A stretch of DNA of 32,000 nt from a cyanobacterium endosymbiont of Epithemia turgida isolate EtSB Lake Yunoko (GTDB lineage Bacteria; Cyanobacteriota; Cyanobacteriia; Cyanobacteriales; Microcystaceae), in contig NZ_AP012549.1 of assembly GCF_000829235.1 (NCBI RefSeq), positions 990,001 through 1,022,000 on the forward strand, read 5' to 3'. Both the position numbers and the translations under genes were made by a program. Below are positions 29,679 through 32,000 of this stretch, piece after piece; position 1 is the first letter of the stretch, and the number at the start of each line of letters is the position of its first letter. A model generated the notes under the pieces. The model saw nothing but the letters and a program-made list of their open reading frames with translations. It did no database searches and was not told the DNA's origin.

Positions 29679-30605
29679 ATGAGAATTCTAGTGACAGGCG
29701 GTGCTGGTTTTATTGGCTCCCATTTAATTGATCGCCTAATGGAACAGGGGCATGATGTCCTGTGCTTAGACAACTTCTATACAGGTCACAAACGCAATAT
29801 TGAAAAGTGGTTTGATAGTCCCTATTTTGAACTCATCCGTCATGACATTACTGAACCCATTCGTCTTGAAGTAGATCAAGTTTATCATCTTGCATGTCCA
29901 GCCTCTCCGATTCATTATCAATTTAATCCCGTTAAAACGATTAAAACTAACGTTCTAGGAACCTTGTATATGTTGGGTTTAGCTAAACGGGTTAAGGCAA
30001 GATTACTGTTAGCGTCTACCTCGGAAGTTTATGGAGATCCTGATGTGCATCCCCAACCTGAAGAATATAGAGGCAATGTTAACTGTACAGGGTTGCGAGC
30101 TTGTTATGATGAAGGAAAACGGGTCGCTGAAACCTTGGCTTTTGAATATCATCGAGAACATAAAGTTGATATTCGGATTGCGCGGATTTTTAATACTTAC
30201 GGGCCACGAATGTTAAAAAATGACGGTCGTGTTGTTAGTAATTTTATCGTTCAAGCCCTAGAAAGAAAACCTCTAACAGTTTATGGAGATGGCTCTCAAA
30301 CTCGGAGTTTCTGCTATGTTTCCGACTTAGTTGAAGGTTTAATTGGACTTATGAATAATGATTATATTGGCCCAATCAATTTAGGTAATCCTGGCGAATA
30401 TTCTATCCTAGAACTTGCCAATATTATCCGAAGAATGATTAATCCTGATATGAAATTAGTCTATAAAGATTTGCCTCAAGACGACCCCCGAAAACGGCAA
30501 CCGGATATTACCAAAGCCAGCATCTATCTAGGTTGGGAACCCAGGATTTCTTTAAGAGAAGGTTTAGAGTTAACTATTAGAGATTTTCAGCAGCGAGTTT
30601 ATTAA
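29679..30605 (+). CDS. uxs: UDP-glucuronate decarboxylase (UDP-xylose synthase)
   Basis: Begins [19 protein letters not shown]...GH.V.C.DNF.TG.K.NI. It also has [17 protein letters not shown] and the catalytic Y.EGKR. At 308 aa it is an extended SDR typical of UXS. Confidence 0.9.
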   Translation: MRILVTGGAGFIGSHLIDRLMEQGHDVLCLDNFYTGHKRNIEKWFDSPYFELIRHDITEPIRLEVDQVYHLACPASPIHYQFNPVKTIKTNVLGTLYMLGLAKRVKARLLLASTSEVYGDPDVHPQPEEYRGNVNCTGLRACYDEGKRVAETLAFEYHREHKVDIRIARIFNTYGPRMLKNDGRVVSNFIVQALERKPLTVYGDGSQTRSFCYVSDLVEGLIGLMNNDYIGPINLGNPGEYSILELANIIRRMINPDMKLVYKDLPQDDPRKRQPDITKASIYLGWEPRISLREGLELTIRDFQQRVY

Positions 30606-30649
30606 ACAATTATTGACATTTAAATCATAAATTTAAAGGATAAAAAACC

Positions 30650-31996
30650 ATGCGCGTTTGTGTCATTGGAACTGGTTATGTTGGGTTAGTAACAGGAGTT
30701 TGTTTAGCCCATATTGGTCATAATGTTATTTGTGTCGACAACAACGAAGAAAAGGTAAAGTTAATGAAGTCGGGACAGTCCCCCATTTATGAGCCTGGAC
30801 TTTCGAAATTGATGCACGAATCGGCCGATGTCGGACGGTTAGAATTTACAGTAGATCTGGCCACAGGGGTAGCCCACGGAGAAGTTCTTTTTATTGCAGT
30901 GGGAACCCCTGCTCTACCTACCGGCGAAAGCGATACCCGTTATGTGGAAGCGGTTGCTCGTAGTATTGGTACTAACTTATATCAAGGGTACAAAGTAATT
31001 GTCAATAAATCTACTGTTCCCATTGGTTCAGGGGACTGGGTAAGAATGATTGTGATGGATGGCTTAAACGAACGTCCCAATAATGGTAAGGTCGAGTTTG
31101 ATGTGGTTAGTAACCCAGAGTTTTTACGAGAAGGGTCAGCCGTTTATGATACTTTCAATCCTGAGCGCATTGTTTTAGGGAGCAATAGTAATAAAGCCAT
31201 TGCCATGATGCAAGAACTCTATAGTCCTTTAGTGGAGCGTAAATTTGCTAATAATACTGCCTTAAATCCTGTTCCAGTGGTAGTAACTGATTTAAACTCT
31301 GCAGAAATGATTAAATATGCGGCAAACGCATTTTTAGCAACCAAAATCAGCTTTATTAATGAAGTGGCTAATATCTGTGATCGCGTCGGAGCCGATATAA
31401 CTCAAGTAGCTAAAGGGATTGGATTGGATTCCCGTATTGGTAATAAATTCTTACAAGCGGGTATTGGTTGGGGAGGGTCTTGTTTCCCGAAAGATATTTT
31501 AGCTTTAATTCATACTGCAACCGATTATGGTTATGAAACAGAGTTACTCAATGCTGCTGTAGCTGTCAATAAACATCAGCGACTAATTGTTATTGAAAAA
31601 CTACAGCAGGAACTGAAGATTCTCAAAGGTAAAACCATTGGCTTGTTGGGGTTAACTTTTAAACCTAATACCGATGACATGCGAGACGCTCCATCTTTAG
31701 TCATCATTGAACAACTGAATCGTTTAGGGGCTAAAGTTAAAGCTTATGATCCGATTGTTTCACAATCAGGATTAAGTCATGGACTATCAGGAGTTATTAT
31801 TGAAGCCAACCCCGAAATGTTAGCCGACAGCTGCGATGCATTAGTGTTAGTAACAGGCTGGCAAGAGTTTCTTAAATTAGACTTTGAAAGAATGGCCAGT
31901 TTGATGGTTAGTCCTGTGATAATTGACGGTCGTAACTTCTTAAACCGATCTCAACTTGAATTTTTTGGCTTTCGTTATTTAGGAATTGGTCGGTAA
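30650..31996 (+). CDS. ugd: UDP-glucose 6-dehydrogenase
   Basis: Has the N-terminal GTGYVGLVTG Rossmann motif, NPEFLREGSA, and the catalytic-Cys block GIGWGGSCFPKD. A C-terminal block reads LTFKPNTDDMRDAPS. TAA at 31994-31996; the start is 44 nt after the uxs stop. Confidence 0.92.
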   Translation: MRVCVIGTGYVGLVTGVCLAHIGHNVICVDNNEEKVKLMKSGQSPIYEPGLSKLMHESADVGRLEFTVDLATGVAHGEVLFIAVGTPALPTGESDTRYVEAVARSIGTNLYQGYKVIVNKSTVPIGSGDWVRMIVMDGLNERPNNGKVEFDVVSNPEFLREGSAVYDTFNPERIVLGSNSNKAIAMMQELYSPLVERKFANNTALNPVPVVVTDLNSAEMIKYAANAFLATKISFINEVANICDRVGADITQVAKGIGLDSRIGNKFLQAGIGWGGSCFPKDILALIHTATDYGYETELLNAAVAVNKHQRLIVIEKLQQELKILKGKTIGLLGLTFKPNTDDMRDAPSLVIIEQLNRLGAKVKAYDPIVSQSGLSHGLSGVIIEANPEMLADSCDALVLVTGWQEFLKLDFERMASLMVSPVIIDGRNFLNRSQLEFFGFRYLGIGR

Positions 31997-32000
31997 TTTG

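Noticed and set aside
1-32000. Search for CRISPR arrays, tRNA/rRNA/tmRNA genes, transposases, integrases, toxin-antitoxin or defence-system genes
   Set aside because: I saw no regularly spaced direct repeats, no tRNA-like T-arm/acceptor signatures, and no ORFs or remnants with transposase, integrase, nuclease or defence motifs. I therefore do not claim a novel defence or mobile system in this window.

Overview
AT-rich, heavily eroded cyanobacterial chromosome segment. The proteins are cyanobacterial in type: group-1 SigA, Hlip, PsaC, a crtE/divergent-PAP2 pair, and one intact HIP1 octamer. By my coordinates, about 16.2 kb of the 32 kb (roughly half) is intact coding sequence. Intact genes are alaS (3' part), a UPF0182 membrane protein overlapping an SDR, a zinc-ribbon membrane protein, a conserved hypothetical, mlaE, a carbamoyltransferase/SxtJ-like/DUF5989 triad, a divergent hli-like ORF, sigA, crtE plus divergent PAP2, a TPR protein, selU, and uxs-ugd. 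The rest is very AT-rich desert (1-2.4 kb blocks with no credible ORFs) plus recognisable gene corpses. The corpses are psaC (frameshift, two stops, lost Fe-S cysteines), a cytochrome P450, a PF13460/NmrA-like NAD(P)-binding protein, and an ABC-class ATPase (COG3044 type). A dead psaC beside intact housekeeping genes suggests a non-photosynthetic, genome-reducing cyanobacterial endosymbiont, such as a diatom spheroid body; this is inference, not proven here. Three structural signals stand out. First, there are about ten long perfect hairpins (14-26 bp stems), two of them embedded in a single pseudogene. Second, HIP1 appears eroded to GTGATCGC. Third, a 53-aa DUF5989/SxtK-like ORF is missing from the ORF track. 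I found no tRNA, rRNA, CRISPR array, transposase or recognisable defence or biosynthetic island. The only multi-gene unit of unknown function is the carbamoyltransferase triad.
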